64,000 bases of DNA. Origin: Eledone cirrhosa (lineage: Eukaryota). The stretch covers positions 374,790,001 to 374,854,000 of the forward strand of contig OZ024740.1 of the NCBI GenBank assembly GCA_964016885.1, given 5' to 3'. A program made the translations under genes and the position numbers. The notes under the pieces were generated by a model. That model saw nothing but the letters and a program-made list of their open reading frames with translations, made no database searches and was not told where the DNA came from. Below are positions 1-13,797 of the stretch, one piece after another (position 1 is the first letter of the stretch; each line of letters starts with the position of its first letter).

Positions 1-693
1 AAGGGGTCTTCTAATTGTTCTTTAAGTTTAAATTTAATTCTACTTTCCCACCATACCATGAATAAGTTAGCTATGTCGCCTGCAATGCTAACACCAATGG
101 CTGCTCCTTCCTCTTGGGCATATGTTTTTCCATTAAATGTGAACATATGTTCCTTAAGGGTTAGTTGTATGCTGGCCCCTACCGCATGTGCAATCATTTT
201 CTTCAGTTCATCGTGCTTTTCGGGTGTCCGTATGGCTCTGGTCCACCCGTTCCATCTATCTGTGTGGGTTTTCTTGGCGATTGAGGTAATGGTAGGTGGT
301 CTGCCTCTTGCTGGTCTTGTACGGCACAGGTTGCTAAGGTCATATGAGTCTAGGTAATTATTACTATAGGTAAGTTTATGTAGGAGTCCCAGCTCACTGG
401 TATCAATCCCACGGAACTCAACATTGCTCTCATTGATCATTTCTACACATTTCTCCACAGCAAAATCCACGTCAATAGATGGATACAGGGACACAACATC
501 CATACTACCTATTATGCAGTTTGTTAGGTCCCTAGATCGGTTACTCTCGCCGATTCTGCTGAGGAGGTCCCCTGTGCTGTCACATACATCTGGGTACATT
601 TCAATGATGGGGCGTATGATGAGGGAGAGGAGGTAGGACAGTCTGTAGTTACTAGCAATGTTAGCTCCACAGACTGGCCGTGTTGGTGGTCCC
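1..693 (-). mobile_element. Penelope-like element RT fragment, Naiad-type; open frame runs off the left edge
   Basis: Manual minus-strand translation without stops: PTRPVCGA...IGSMDVVSLYPSIDVDFAVEKC...RGRPPTIT...EHMFTFNGKTYAQEEGAAIGVSIAGDIANLFM. These are RT motifs A and B with a long intervening insert. Absent from the ORF track because it has no stop inside the window. Confidence 0.85.
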
Positions 694-879
694 GTGAAGT
701 ATAGAAGTGGTTACACAACAGTTATTTTACCGTACCGAGAACAATTGTTCCACCTTAGCGGATCCTCAGCTCGTAATGCGCATGGTTATACGTAACAGGT
801 AGGACAACCGTACGAATACGCAAGCGCAGAAACCCATCACTTCAACAGGCAATACTAAAATGCGTGCAAGAGGTGTAAG

Positions 880-1545
880 GGAGATAACTGCGAAAGTTCG
901 AAAAGTGTTTAGTTGATAAGAAAAACTATTGATGGTGTTACAATAATTCGCTTTAGAATATGTATTCCTTCGTCAATAAACAGTTCACACGATGCTATTC
1001 CCCTTGCATATGGTTTGGACTTAGTGAAGGCTTTCCATTGAATGGAGTAGTCTATACGTGAGTCTTCGAGGAACCATACGAGGCTCGCGTGTTTCGTGGA
1101 TGAACGTCTGGCCGGGTACTTAAGGTCAACTGATGATTCAGGAAACGTTCCTTAAATCGGCCCTCCGCCATGCCCAAATAGGATTTGACCTCCTGTGGTT
1201 GGTTTAGTCGGTTGGAAGTGACCACAGCTTCATAAATTGCAGCTGGTGTGTTGCATTGCTGTTGGAGGGGGGAAGCTTCGGGCTTAGGGCAAGAGCACCC
1301 TGGTGGGGTGTTTCTCCTAGGGTTGATGGTGACGTGGGCCTTCATGTTCTTAGCGCAGGAGTATCCTAGTTTTAGTCTGTGTAGGTTAAAGATAGAGCAG
1401 TATTTATGGCCTATGGGAAAGTGTCTATCTAAGAGGGCTAGAAAATGTTTGCCTACATTGGTTTTAACGTTGAGTGAGAATGTAGGAGAGAACCAGATAG
1501 TTTGTCTATTGTTGCGTTTCTTTTCTCATTGGTGTTGTTGATGTT
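880..1545 (-). mobile_element. Decayed PLE 3' fragment (linker + GIY-YIG endonuclease)
   Basis: Minus strand reads IWFSPTFSLNVKTNVGKHFLALLDRHFP...LGYSC, then AIYEAVV...SYLGMAEGRFKERFLNH (GIY-YIG), with frameshifts. Confidence 0.85.
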
Positions 1546-2245
1546 GGGAGAGTAAGTGATAGGTTGTGACCAATCTTATAGAGAGAGATGGAGATAGGAG
1601 AGGAGAGGGGAGAGGAGAGATTGGTGAATTAGTTAGAAGCCAAAGCGTAAAGGCAATGCGTAAAGCTCAATGTGCAATATGCAGTGGAAAGCAGCTAGGT
1701 GGCTGGGTTCATGCAGAAGTTAGGTGCTCAGAGCTGGAAATATTCATTAGTTAAGCAAAACAAGACCACAAATTTCACAAGGAAGACATTATTAAAAGAT
1801 TGTCAACACATTTTAGTTTGATGTAAGGAATGTAGAGAATAAAAATATGAATAATAATAATGTCCATTTACAATTGTTTCTCTACTCCATATAATATTTC
1901 TGGAGCAAATGATTATATATCATTATTGATCTGGTTTAGTTGAAAATAATTAACATACGTAAAGATAGATCAGCTCATCGGAACTTCAAAGGAATATAAT
2001 TTAAAATAAGGAAATAATGTTACATAAATGTAATGTTCCATATATTGGTATTTAACTATGGTGTCCTGGGTATATCAATTATCTGCCATAGTCGAACAGT
2101 ATTTTTCTGTCGAGGCTGCATTGTGTAACGGACATTATTATTATTAATATTATTATTGTTATTCTATACATCAATCTAAAATATGTTGACAATCTTTTAA
2201 TAATGTATTTCTTGGGGAATGCGTGGTCTTGCTTTGCTTAACTAA

Positions 2246-2248
<3 letters not shown>

Positions 2249-2306
<58 letters not shown>
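2249..2306. repeat. (TA)n microsatellite
   Basis: Direct observation. Similar (TA)n tracts lie near 9483, 29961, 30327, 33280-33830, 37620-38120, 39332-39615, 48677 and 61247. Confidence 0.95.
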
Positions 2307-2308
<2 letters not shown>

Positions 2309-2879
2309 AGGAAGTTATAGTTCACTTGACGCTTTATGTAATGAGGTATAAACGTTTGTATATGTATAATAAACCCAAAACAATGCAGGTATGGACATAG
2401 AATAAAGAATGCAAATGTAAAAGAAGTTGTTGACAATTAGTCTTTTATCTTAGATTTATTTAAACGTCCTTAATTTTCGAGATAATATCTCTTCTTTGGA
2501 GGGAAGTAAAGCGGTTAAACCAGTGTTCTAAATAGCTTGCCAAGTCATGCTGACAGGAAATGGTATAGAGTATCTGTTCTATCTCTAATGTCAAAGAGTT
2601 AGGTTAGGTGGATAAAGAGTAGCCTCCCTTTAACAGTTTTTTTTGTACATGCCTGTTTAAGTGTGTGGGAGAATGCATGAATGTGTAAGTATGTGAGTGT
2701 GTGTGAGTGTGAGAAGATATGTATATACGTAAATGTGGGTGATAGATGTTATCTCGTGTTAGAACTGGTCTTTGTGTATGTGTGTGTGTGAGAGAAAATA
2801 AGTGGAGGTGTAAGTGTGTGTGTGTGTGTGTGTGTGCATGCGTGTGTGTGTGCGTGTGTGTGTGGGAAGTGTAAATATG

Positions 2880-3445
2880 GGGCTAGATGTTCTATCAAGT
2901 GGGTGTTGAGTTCTAGTCTATTATTGATTGGTGGTTGTGTTTTGTCTATAATTAGTGCTTCCTTAATTCTAAGATTGCCGAGGTTTCTTTCCTTAGTTTC
3001 TATCCTAACTGTTATGGTTTTGTCGGTGTTTTTGCATCTAACTGGATGTTTATTAAATGAGGAAGCGTTAGTATTGAGGTGTTCTTTTATTCTTATGTGG
3101 TGTGGTCTGGTGGTGCTACCTATATAGAAGCTGCTGCATTTGTCAGTCTAGTCTGTATACAACGTAAGCCTGGTGGCATAGATCTGTGTCGTTGATGGGC
3201 AGTTGGCTAGCCTGCAGCAGTTGTCATGTCTGGTGGAGTGTATTTTGGTTAGCTGTCCGCGTAGAGAAGGAACTGAGTGGGCCAGTTGGATATCTAGTCC
3301 CTCTCGTGTGATAGCTCTGCGGATGGTTGTTGTTGTTTCGTCACTGAAGTGTGGGAGCTTCAGGGAGCTAGTGTTAGTGCCTCGGGTGTGGTGTCCTCTG
3401 TTATTTCTGGCACGGTTTGTGGTGGATGTCGTGTATCCGTTCAGA
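2880..3445 (-). mobile_element. 5'-truncated PLE (thumb/linker + GIY-YIG)
   Basis: Minus strand LNGY...LKLPHFSD...REGLDIQLAH, then YIGSTTRPHHIRIKEHL...LRIKEALIIDKTQPPINNR. Its 5' end terminates in a perfect palindrome. Confidence 0.85.
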
Positions 3446-3691
3446 CTGAACGGATACACGACATCGACCACGACAATAATTTAAATTGTTTGAATCTCTA
3501 ACAGTTATGTAAATTGCTGTTATGTATTTTTAAGCTTTCTCACACGCACCCTCTGTATTATATGTATTATATGTAAGTTTTTTCATGTCTCAATCTTAAG
3601 TTATGTAAATATTAAGTGTTGTCATATCTTACTCACTACCATGACTGAATCTTAACCATTTACTATGTGAGGGTATGTCATGCATCATCTC

Positions 3692-3756
3692 ATTTTATCT
3701 GATGAGGACGTACTGTTGAAGTTAGCTCAGTACATTTGAAATATGTATAATAAAAT
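3692..3756 (+). ncRNA. Type I minimal hammerhead ribozyme in an inverted PLE pLTR
   Basis: Stem I ATTTTAT/ATAAAAT, core CTGATGA (3699), stem II GTACTG/CAGTAC, GAAA (3738), short near-palindromic stem III TATGTA, AUA cleavage triplet. Confidence 0.8.
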
Positions 3757-4410
3757 ATACTTGATCACAAGAATGTCTATTTTTGTTAATATTTTGAATT
3801 AATATTAATGTTTTCAGTGATTTCGGTTGGCTTCTGCTTTTGATAATTTTGTATGTTTCAAGCGAAAATTTAATGAAAATGTGTTCACGTGACAGCCGTA
3901 ATTTCATTTATAAACAATCAAATTATGTTTATTAAAAAAAAGCCTTCGTGAGCCCCTTTTTTAAGTAAAAAGAAATTCAAACACTCATATATGAAAACAC
4001 AACCTGTGACACCTCCCGCCCTCACCCCCGTTGTTTGAAGAACTTTGTAACACGAACTGGTGCGAAATTTATTATAATTATTGAACAACCAATCAAATTA
4101 CTTCTCTAAAAACCTGGCATTTCGAGCCACTTTTTCCATATAAAACAAGCAACATTCAGAGACCAACCAGATGTGAGAAAAACCACAGACACTCTATCTC
4201 AACTCTACTTTTAAAAAGCAGAAAAACTGCGAAACCGGTAAAGGAACCAAATAAATATATATATATATTTTTAAATAAGACTCCAGTTGCATTTTCGATT
4301 TCATATTTTGTTCTTTATACTTTCACTCGTGTAGGACACCTCGGTTATTTTTTTTATTTTGTAAAATAAACCTCCCTTTCTAATATATACCCACCACACG
4401 AAGACCGAAA

Positions 4411-6805
4411 ATGCCACCAAAGTCTCAACAAAACAACAACTCACTAAACCAGGACAACTTAAATGAACTCAAAGAGATTTCCTCTAAACTCTCAATTTTG
4501 ACCAACAAAGTGGACCAAATACACATCTATAAAAAAGGACCCCACGAAGAAACAGAAAATACGCAAGAGACGAATATTACTCCAGCATTAACTAAGCTAA
4601 TCGAAACCATTGAAACAGCAATGCTCCAAAAGCTGGAACAACCGTTAGAACCCAATCTACGAAATGTCGACTCAGTGAAAAACACCCTAATCGACATATG
4701 GACTCAAAAGCTCACAGCCCGCAAATTCGCCCTTTGAAATCACCTAAAAACTAATGGCAAGGCAGACATATATGAAAATTGGTTAAACTCTACCCCAATC
4801 ATCCTCCCCAAAAAACTCTAAATAAAACCCATCCCGAATGAACCAGAAAACCAACAAAGAGTTAGGGAAAACATGGCGTTGGAAACATTTTAAATAGAAA
4901 TAAAACTGTTCCGATTAAGAGCCAACTCCAACGAAGAAAAATTCGAGTCACTCGACCAAAAGATGGACACAGAAATCTCAAAGCACTCCGAAGGCCTACT
5001 CTACGAAAACACCTTAAAACTTTGGCAAGAAAACTGTGAGGATGAAGAACTAACATCCCTCCAGGGATGGGAAAAAAATGCCACCTGGTTCAACAACTAC
5101 GAAATGGACTTCAAAAATGAACAATATACAGGTAACCTATTTTAAAAACAAACTAAAACTCACACACCACATGCACAACAAATAACAAAAAAAGTAACAA
5201 AACGTCCAACATACCCCCAGCAAAACTATAACGATAATCCCAGAAACCATAGACAAAACTATAACCCTACTAACAAAAACCGAAGATGCCCGAACACAAG
5301 GCAGGACCAGATCCGCAGATCACAACCCACACAAAACCTATTCCAAAACCGTAGTCCCCTGCCCACACAGATCCTGTTCCAAAACCGTATATCCCAACCC
5401 ACACAAATGAACAAAATCTACAACCCGGACTATCAACAAACCGAACCTCAATTCGTCCGAAACTTCTATACAAGACCACACAACAACAGGGGAAATACCA
5501 TTAGATATAATAATACCATTGAAAAAACATTCCAGAAAAATCACTTTTAGATCAAGGCTACAGGACCCACGACACCCGGTGGCACAAACCGATTTTGAAA
5601 AACCGAAAATAATCAAACTTTCAAATACAAACCCCTCAGCCCAACAAGTAAAAATTCTCTCCAAAGGACTGAAATTCACACCAACACCACAATACTCTAA
5701 CCCCAATGAGATAAATGACGATATCTCACACTTCTGTAGAAAATTACGTCTCACAGAAGAATTCTTTGACAAGGAGATTAACGATGAATCAATTGTACGG
5801 AATAAAAGCAGCTACAACCCAACAAAAGGTAGAAACAGAGTTCTGGACAAATTTTGTGACCACCTAGCTACCTTCCCATATCATTAACTACCGCAACATA
5901 AACCCAAACCCAACACGAGTCGAAGGGAATGGGAGATTATTCATGAACTAAAAAACAATACGGACATTATAATTAAGGAAGCGGACAAGGGTAGTACTCT
6001 TGTCATTATGGAGGCTAAAAAATATGAAAATTCTATGTTCTCTCTCTTACAAAATACTAATTACTATGAAAGAGTAAAAAACTACCAGCACTCAAAAACA
6101 AGGACCGTATTAATCACAATGATTCATCGATACCAGGAAGACCTAACTAAAAAGGAACGCGATTATTTAACACGTTTTGAATACAAAACCAACAACCATT
6201 ACGGACTTCCGAAGATCCACAAGTGTAAAATAATTAACGATGCCTGTAAACAATCCACCTCAGCCTGCGTGAATACACAATACCCCCACAGACCTTAAAT
6301 TAAGAACAATTGTAGCGGGCCCACAATGTGAAACACACAGACTAAGCAACTTTATAGACATACTACTAAAACCAATTCTCAAACACATACCAAGCCTTAT
6401 AAGAGACGATCTGGACTTCTTAAACCACCTCCCCAAACATGTCAACAACGACACTATTCTGGTGTCTTTCAATGTAGTGAATCTCTACTCAACGATCCCA
6501 CACCAATACGGACTAGAAGCAATAGGATTCTGGCTAGAGAAATATCCCAATGAGATACCTGACAGAATAGAAAAAAAATTCATCAATGAGGGATTAAAAT
6601 TCATCTTACAGAACAACTTTTTTTGTTTCGATGGCAGTAATTACAAGCAATATCGGGGACTGCAATGGGTACAAAAGCCGCTCCAACTTATGCCAACTTA
6701 GTCATGGCATACTTAAAAGTCCAGATATATCGACAGTCCAAATCAAAATACGGATTGAACTTCCACAAATATTTATCAGAGAATTGGCAAGAGATTTGGC
6801 AGAGA
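4411..6805 (+). mobile_element. PLE (Neptune-like) ORF with N-terminal region and RT up to motif C; frameshifted
   Basis: IIKLSN...ILSKGLKFTPTP, IIIKEADKG, YGLPKIHK, RTIVAGP, SFNVVNLYSTIPH, ILQNNFF, MGTKAAPTYANL. Confidence 0.9.
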
Positions 6806-9478
6806 TTTTTGATTTACAAATCCAATTTTCGGAAAAAACCCTCTATTCGGCTTATTAACCCTACGAAGTCCGATTTAGGTAGACTTAGTAATACGATTCT
6901 TGATAGAATTATACCTGAAATTAGAAGTTTGGCCCCTCTTACACTGTGGAACAATTCCTTCGCGGTGATTGATTGGTTCAACGGCATATGTAACAAGGAA
7001 CATTGCCATTTTATCCAATTCGACATCAACAATTACTACTCCTCCATCAGTTTACCACTTCTCCTTAGAGCTATCAATTTCGCTAAAACACTCACAGTGG
7101 TTAAGGATTTCGAAGTTGATGTCATCCTCAATGCCCGAAAGTCGGTGATTAATTTCGACGATTCTATTTGGATTAAAAAATCCAATAGTACCCCATTCGA
7201 CGTGAGTATGGGCGCCAGTGATTTTGCGGAGGTTACTGATCTTATCGGCCTTTTCCTTCTTTTCTCCATCAAGGACGAATTCCCCAACGCGGGCGGTGGT
7301 TTGTACTGTGACGATGGTATTTTGACCATGACTAAGTGCGGACCTCGTGCTTGCGACAGGTTCAGAAAAGAACTCACAGCCTCTTAAAGGCTTCAACCTC
7401 TCTATACAGGTTGAGGCCAATCTCTCGGTCGTTAATTACCTCGACGTTACCCTCAACTTATTGAATGGGTTGTATTACCCGTATAGAAAGCCGAATGATA
7501 CGCTTAATTACATAAGTAAGCATTCCAACCATCCTGCCAGCATAACCAAGAACCTGGTAAGAAACGTTTCGTTGAGGCTTTCCCGTCTTTCCACCAACGA
7601 GCGTATTTTCAACGACCATTTCACTTATTACAATGAAACTCTTGCTCGAAGTGGATTTGTCGATAAGGTAGCACATACAGAGTACGAAAATAGACCTAGA
7701 AGAAATAGATCCTGTCGCATTTGTTGGTATAACCCACCATATAATATGGAGGTGGCTACACCATTAGCTAAGATCTTTCTTTCCCTTATTACGAATCATT
7801 TTCCCCCTACACATAAACATAGTAAAATTTTTAATAGAAATACTATTAAAATATCTTACTCTACGACTCCTAAACTTGCACATAACATCACAGCTTCAAA
7901 TTTAGCCAAACTACCTAGCCGTAGGAACACGCGCAACCCTGTAGTTAGTACGAACTGTAATTGTAGGAATCGGGTTGATTGCCCCCTATCCGGGAAATGC
8001 CTCTCTAGTAACATTGTCTACATATGTAAGGTTGTAACACCCACGTCCCGTAGGGCCTACATAGGGTTAACTGCCAATATATTCAAGCAACGTCTTTACA
8101 TGCATACCCATTCTTTTCGTTACCCTCTAAGAAGGAATATGACGTCACTTTCAGCTTATATCTGGAGTCTAAAAGACAACCAGACCCAATATAATTTACA
8201 CTGGGAGATCCTAGCTAGGGCTAGATCGTATAACATAAATAAAAGACCATCTGACCTCTGCGCCGCTGAGGCCCTGGAAATACTGTACGTCACAGACCAC
8301 ATCTTAAACAAAAAATTTGAGGCAATTTTGGCTTGTAAACATAAATTGCACAAAACTTTCCTGTATTACAGCCCCACGTTATACCCTAACGGATAGTACG
8401 ATCTATACGTGGACATTTTACGTCTCGATGTGGGAGCTAAGTATATGTTTTGTTTATACCTTTACTTATTTACATAGGTAAGTATATATTATCCGTATGT
8501 TTTGTGAAGGTACGTATACCTTCTCGTACGTATATTTGATTGTTATGGGGTATACTTTTTTTTATATATTCTGGTACGGCTATGTGTATTCGGGAGTTTT
8601 GCGTCTGTGTGAGTATGCAGGTTCGTACGTATGTAGGGCGTGTGTATATGTGTACTTCATGTTTTGGTCGACTTACGTCTCCGAACATTCGTGTATTTAC
8701 ATGTAGGTATGTGTGTGCGCTTGTTATATACGTATTTATTTATTTATATACGTTTATATAATTATTTATTTATTTGTATACACGCTTACACACACACATA
8801 TTTATATGTGCGTGGTTTTGTTTACGTATGGTAAGTTTTTGCGTATGTTTGTGTATGTACGTATTTGTTTGCGTGTATGTATTTATTTATTTCTATTACT
8901 TCTGTATTGTATTTATTTACTTTGTTCTTAACTCTGTAGCGGAGATTCATTCGGTCTCCTAGTTAGAATTTAGTCTACGACTTCTGCTATACCATTTACG
9001 CGGTTTTGTCTTTGCGTGCTATTGTTTCTCCACGCTCCACATATGACGTATTATCTTCGTTTTTTTTTCGTTCATTGCCAGAGAACGTCTCTATGCACCA
9101 CATAAGAGAACATTAGTCTACGACCTCTTTTATACCATAAACGTGGTTCTGTCTTTGCGCGTAATTGTTTTTCACCGCTCCTATTAATGACGTATTATAT
9201 TCGTTTTTTCCCGTTCTGAGCCAGCGAACCTTTCCACGAACCAAAGTATCGTCTTCCCGTCTTCCTCCGGTTGCAACGTTTTTTGAAATATCCAGTTCTG
9301 CGTTTACATATTGACTTTGTTAGTTTCAGAAGATCCCGTTAAGGGTGAAAGCAGCGATTCTTTGCTTAAACTTAATCTGTTATTTTAATAAATATTTGCT
9401 CTACGGTTCTTATATATTTGATATATATTTATCCTTATCGAGCCCTCTTTGGATTTTAGTCTTCAAATTTATTATTAT

Positions 9479-9483
<5 letters not shown>
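6806..9483 (+). mobile_element. Second PLE family: RT + GIY-YIG + 3'UTR/pLTR
   Basis: KSNF..KPSIRLINPTKSDLG, FDINNYYSSI, FDVSMGA, GLYCDDG, WYNPPYN, CNCRNRVDCPL, AYIGLTAN (ORFs 6665-7387 and 7347-8396). The AT-rich 3'UTR has a ~145-nt imperfect tandem repeat and an HHR, and ends in (TA)n. Confidence 0.9.
9322..9372 (+). ncRNA. Hammerhead ribozyme variant in PLE 3' pLTR
   Basis: Stem I AGTTT/AAACT, core CAGAAGA (U4 changed to A), stem II CCC/GGG, GAAA, stem III GCA/TGC, CUU triplet. Confidence 0.65.
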
Positions 9484-9550
<67 letters not shown>

Positions 9551-10674
9551 TTGTGCGTGTGTATGGTTTATTAGTCATAGTTTAGAAACAGGTAAATTGT
9601 TTAAACTTCCACTCTAATTAACGTAAACCGAGACGTCTTGAAATATTGCCATTAATATCTCAGGAATACGTATAATTATTTGAGGCGTATTTATTAAAAA
9701 TAATATTACAACACTTAATATACACTTGTGTAAAATATGTGTAACACATAGTTACATTGTGAACACATGGTTATAATTAGACCATTATTAACACTATGAA
9801 TTATATTTATTTAGCATACGTGAAGTATGGGTGGGGTATTTCACTATTGGATGATGATGGATATTTTGAAATATATTGTAAACAGTGTTGTTGATTGGTA
9901 CATTAAGAAATATCTATTCAATATGAAAACATACAAGCAGACGTTTGTTGTTTTAATATTTCACAAATCAATAATTTGTTGCCTTTATTTATCATCTTAT
10001 TGTTCAGTATTTATTATTGAGCGATTGAGTCTATATAGGTATATTTTGGATGATTGTGTTAAAATGTTCGTTGATTATATTACAATATGGGTGGCTTTAA
10101 CAAAGTTGTTAATGTTGTTGTATATTCGTGTAGTGACAAACATACAGCGATATATAAATCTCAAACCATGCGAGATATATTACGTCTCATACGCTTTCTA
10201 GATTGAGTGATATGTTTCATTTTTTATATATTGTCGAGGGGTAGAAATATGACACATAAAAAGATGTTGTCTTGGACATATAAAATACATCTTACTCATA
10301 CGTCTATTATAACCTGATTCCGCACAGAATATTCTTGAAGAAAATAAAGCAAGTCAGCTGTGAGCCAGACAATTTATAAGCACTAAAATCTAACTAAATC
10401 TAATTACATGCATGCATTTGAAGCAATAGGCTAAGATCATGGATGCATATTCCTTTCAAGCTGACACATCTAATAATCCCATTTCATATTCTTCCGACAT
10501 TTGTATGATATAGTCACTACAATTTTGATGTTGTTTGTTTGCATTCAGGAAATCAATTTTTTCATGTTTTACGTTTCATGGCTTCGTGGAATTCACAGAT
10601 GTGAAATCAAAATAGAACATTATAAACTTTTAACAGAAAAATTCCCCAACGCAGTTGGAGAATTCAGAGGGTCG

Positions 10675-11283
10675 GTTACCAAAAGGATATAGACCGACAT
10701 CATCTTGGATACACCCATGACCGTCGTACCTTGCCACCGCCCAACTCTGACCAGAACGGAGAGCCTTCTCTTCCGCTTTTTGTGGAAGGGATGTGCTCCC
10801 ATGGCCAGTCGATCCATTTTCTGTCAACATCCGTTGCGTGGAGGACTAGGCATGCCATGGCTGATGATGCGCAAACATGCGCTGAGGCTGCGACATCTAT
10901 GGTGCTTCCTTGACGGTGAACAGGTGTGGTCGCCGTTTGTTAGACGCGCTTTTCACCAGCTCATCTCCCTGACGGAACTTGTGGCTAGCCTTGACGGTGA
11001 AAGTGGCGAGTAGACTGAGAAATGGGAAAACTGAGAGAGGGTGCTTGCACTGGTGGTCAGGGTGGCCGTGGTCATTTGTGTGCTTCTCGCCATAAGGGAC
11101 TATCGGAGTGTTCCCCCTTTTGTGGGAATTTTTGTTGTTTGAGTTTTGTTTATATCTATCCTAATTTCTATCTTGTTATAACCTGTTTACACGACCAAAA
11201 CCCACTTTATATTGTCCTGTACTGTTCTGTGCCGTCTCTAATGTTTTGCTTCGTTTTAGCCCTTGTGGCCAATAAAGAAACAA
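10675..11283 (+). mobile_element. Tx1/L1 LINE 3' fragment with internal deletion
   Basis: LLFRFLWKG...HPLRGGLGMP. Homologous to ~16100-16370, then jumps to the 3'UTR seen at ~17070-17360. Ends CCTTGTGGCCAATAAAG followed by (ATT)n. Confidence 0.85.
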
Positions 11284-11309
11284 TTATTATTATTATTATT
11301 ATTATAGTT

Positions 11310-13766
11310 GGATTTATCTTGCTTTATGTTCATACGAGTTATCACCAAGTCACGACCAGTGACCTCAAGAGACAATAAGGTCCGCCATGTTCAAGAAAGA
11401 ACATACATATTCACACATGCATCTTTAGTGTTTAGACTTGTGATGTAATTATTGACAGAATCTTCCTTACTATATGGGCAGTTCCCATTAGTTCTATCTT
11501 TTGTATTTCTCCTATACGCGGGTTTCCTGGGATTTGCGATATGTAATCATTAGACCCCTTAGGTATCATTCCCAGAGCGCCTACAACCACTGGTATTGTT
11601 TTAGTTCTCAATTTCACCATTTTTCCAATTTCTATCTCCAGGTCCTTATACTTGCTCAATTTTTCAAATGTTTTTATAGATACATTCTTGTCTATTGGAA
11701 CAGACATATCAATTAGCAGGCATACCCTCTTTTGAAAGTCCTTCAATATTATATCAGGTCTATTTGCATCTATTTTTCGGTCTGTTTGGATGCTAAAGTT
11801 CCACAAGATTGAGATGTGATCTTTTTCAAGTATGGGAGGTGGTAGATGCTCCCACCAATTCTTTTGATGGGGCAGGTCAAAATGCTTATACATTATCCAA
11901 TGTATGTATTGTGCAGCTCTGTCATGCCTGTGTAGGTATTCGGTTGGAGCTATAGGACTGCACATTGAAATGATATGGTCAATTGTCTCTGGTTGTTTTT
12001 GGCATACACGGCATAATGGGCTGCACCCATTTTTTATTATGTTGGCTTGGCAATTTTTTGTTGGCAGACACTGATCTTGTGCTGATATAATCAGTCTTCA
12101 GTCTCCGATTTCAGTCCATAGGATGCCAACCACTGATGGGTTAATGTTTTGTCAACATCAGGATTGTTAGCTCGCTCTGGGTATTTTCCATACAGAGGCT
12201 TTTCTTGCCATTTCTTAGCCAGTTTCTGTAGCAGTTCTTTCTTTGCAGTTACTTTTACTTGCTTTGCTTTTTCTGTGTTTTCCATTTCAGCAGTAAATGG
12301 GACTTCTGAAATTTGTACTCCATTACTGTATCTTTGTGCATCTTTTGTAATGGAATATGATCTTTTGATGCTTTCGTGTTTCAAAACGAGTCTAATCATC
12401 CAATCATGTGATTCCCTTAGATATGTAGATAATCCAATTGTTGCAGTTTTCAACGCAATGTCTAACTGGATTAACCCACGTCCTCCTTCTTTCCTAGGGA
12501 GATATATTCTATCTATATCTGACTTAGGGTGATGCATTCTGTGCATGGTTAAGAATTTTCGAATTTTTGTATCGAGCCTACGGATCTCTGTGCTTGACCA
12601 GTTGATGACATTGTAACTGTAGGTTACTACTGGTATGGAAAGCGTGTTTATGGCATCGATCCTATTCCTTGCATTCAATTCCGTTCTTAAGATTGCTCTT
12701 ACTCTGCGGTAACATTCCTTCCTTATCCTTTCCCTCATTGTCGAGTGCTTGATTCCGTCTCCTTCACAAACACCTAGATATTTGTAAGATTTTTCTTGAT
12801 CAAGTTCTCTTATCACGTTCCCCCGATCAAGATTAATGTCTGAACTCTTCAGCAGCTTTCCTCTGGTGAACGTTGCTTCGGCGCATATATCTAGTCCAAA
12901 CTCCATTTTAATGTCATCACTGAACTGCTCCACAGTGGATAATAGCCCTTGCAATTGTTCATCATTTTTTGCAAATAGTTTCAGGTCATCCATGTAGAAC
13001 AGTTGATTAATGGTTTTGTCACAGACTTTATATCCATGTTTTGTTTAATTGGGCATTTTACTTAATGATATAAGTGCGATGCAGAATAAAAGTGGTGATA
13101 AAGAGTCACCCTGAAAAATTCCACAATTAATATTAACTTCTCCAGCTTCCAGTGATTTTGTTTCACTATTCAAAAGGAGTGTCGTTTTCCATGTCTTCAT
13201 ACTGAATGACAAAAACCTCCTGACAACGGGGGATATTTTGAAAATCTCTAAACATTTTTCAATCCAACTGTGTGGCAAACTATCGAACGCTTTTTTATAA
13301 TCTATCCAAGCAATCGATAGATGTTTGTGTCTATTATGACAATCTTCCAGTATCATTTTGTTAACCAGAAACTGATCCTTACAGCCATATGAGCCTCGTT
13401 TACACCCTTTTCTGCTCAATGGGAAATAGGTCATTTGTTATCAGGTGGTCATATGTGTATTCAGTTAGGACTGATGTTAAAATGTTATACATTGTGGTCA
13501 AGCAAGTTATCGGTCTGTAATTTTTGGGATTGTTTGTCTCATCATTCTGCGGAAGCAGGAATGTAATGCCGTTAACTAGCCATGATGGTATCTTTTCTGG
13601 CTCCTTAACTATTTCATTGTAAAGTTGGGCTAACAGATCATGAGACTCTGTGAAGGCATTTATCCAGAAGATTTGTATTTTGTCTTTTCCTGGGGATTTC
13701 CATTTGCTGGTTTTTCTTAGAGCGAAGCGCAACTGTTCAACTGTTATATTTTCCCATATTTGTTCC

Positions 13767-13768
<2 letters not shown>
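11310..13768 (-). mobile_element. R4/Dong-type LINE (RT + CCHC + restriction-like endonuclease), 5'-interrupted
   Basis: [78 protein letters not shown] (ORFs 13400-13732, 13045-13434, 12091-12993, 11432-11965). Confidence 0.92.

Positions 13769-13797
<29 letters not shown>
13769..13797. repeat. (ATT)n microsatellite
   Basis: Direct observation. Other (ATT)n tracts at 11283-11305, 17361-17406 and 22502-22595. Confidence 0.9.
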
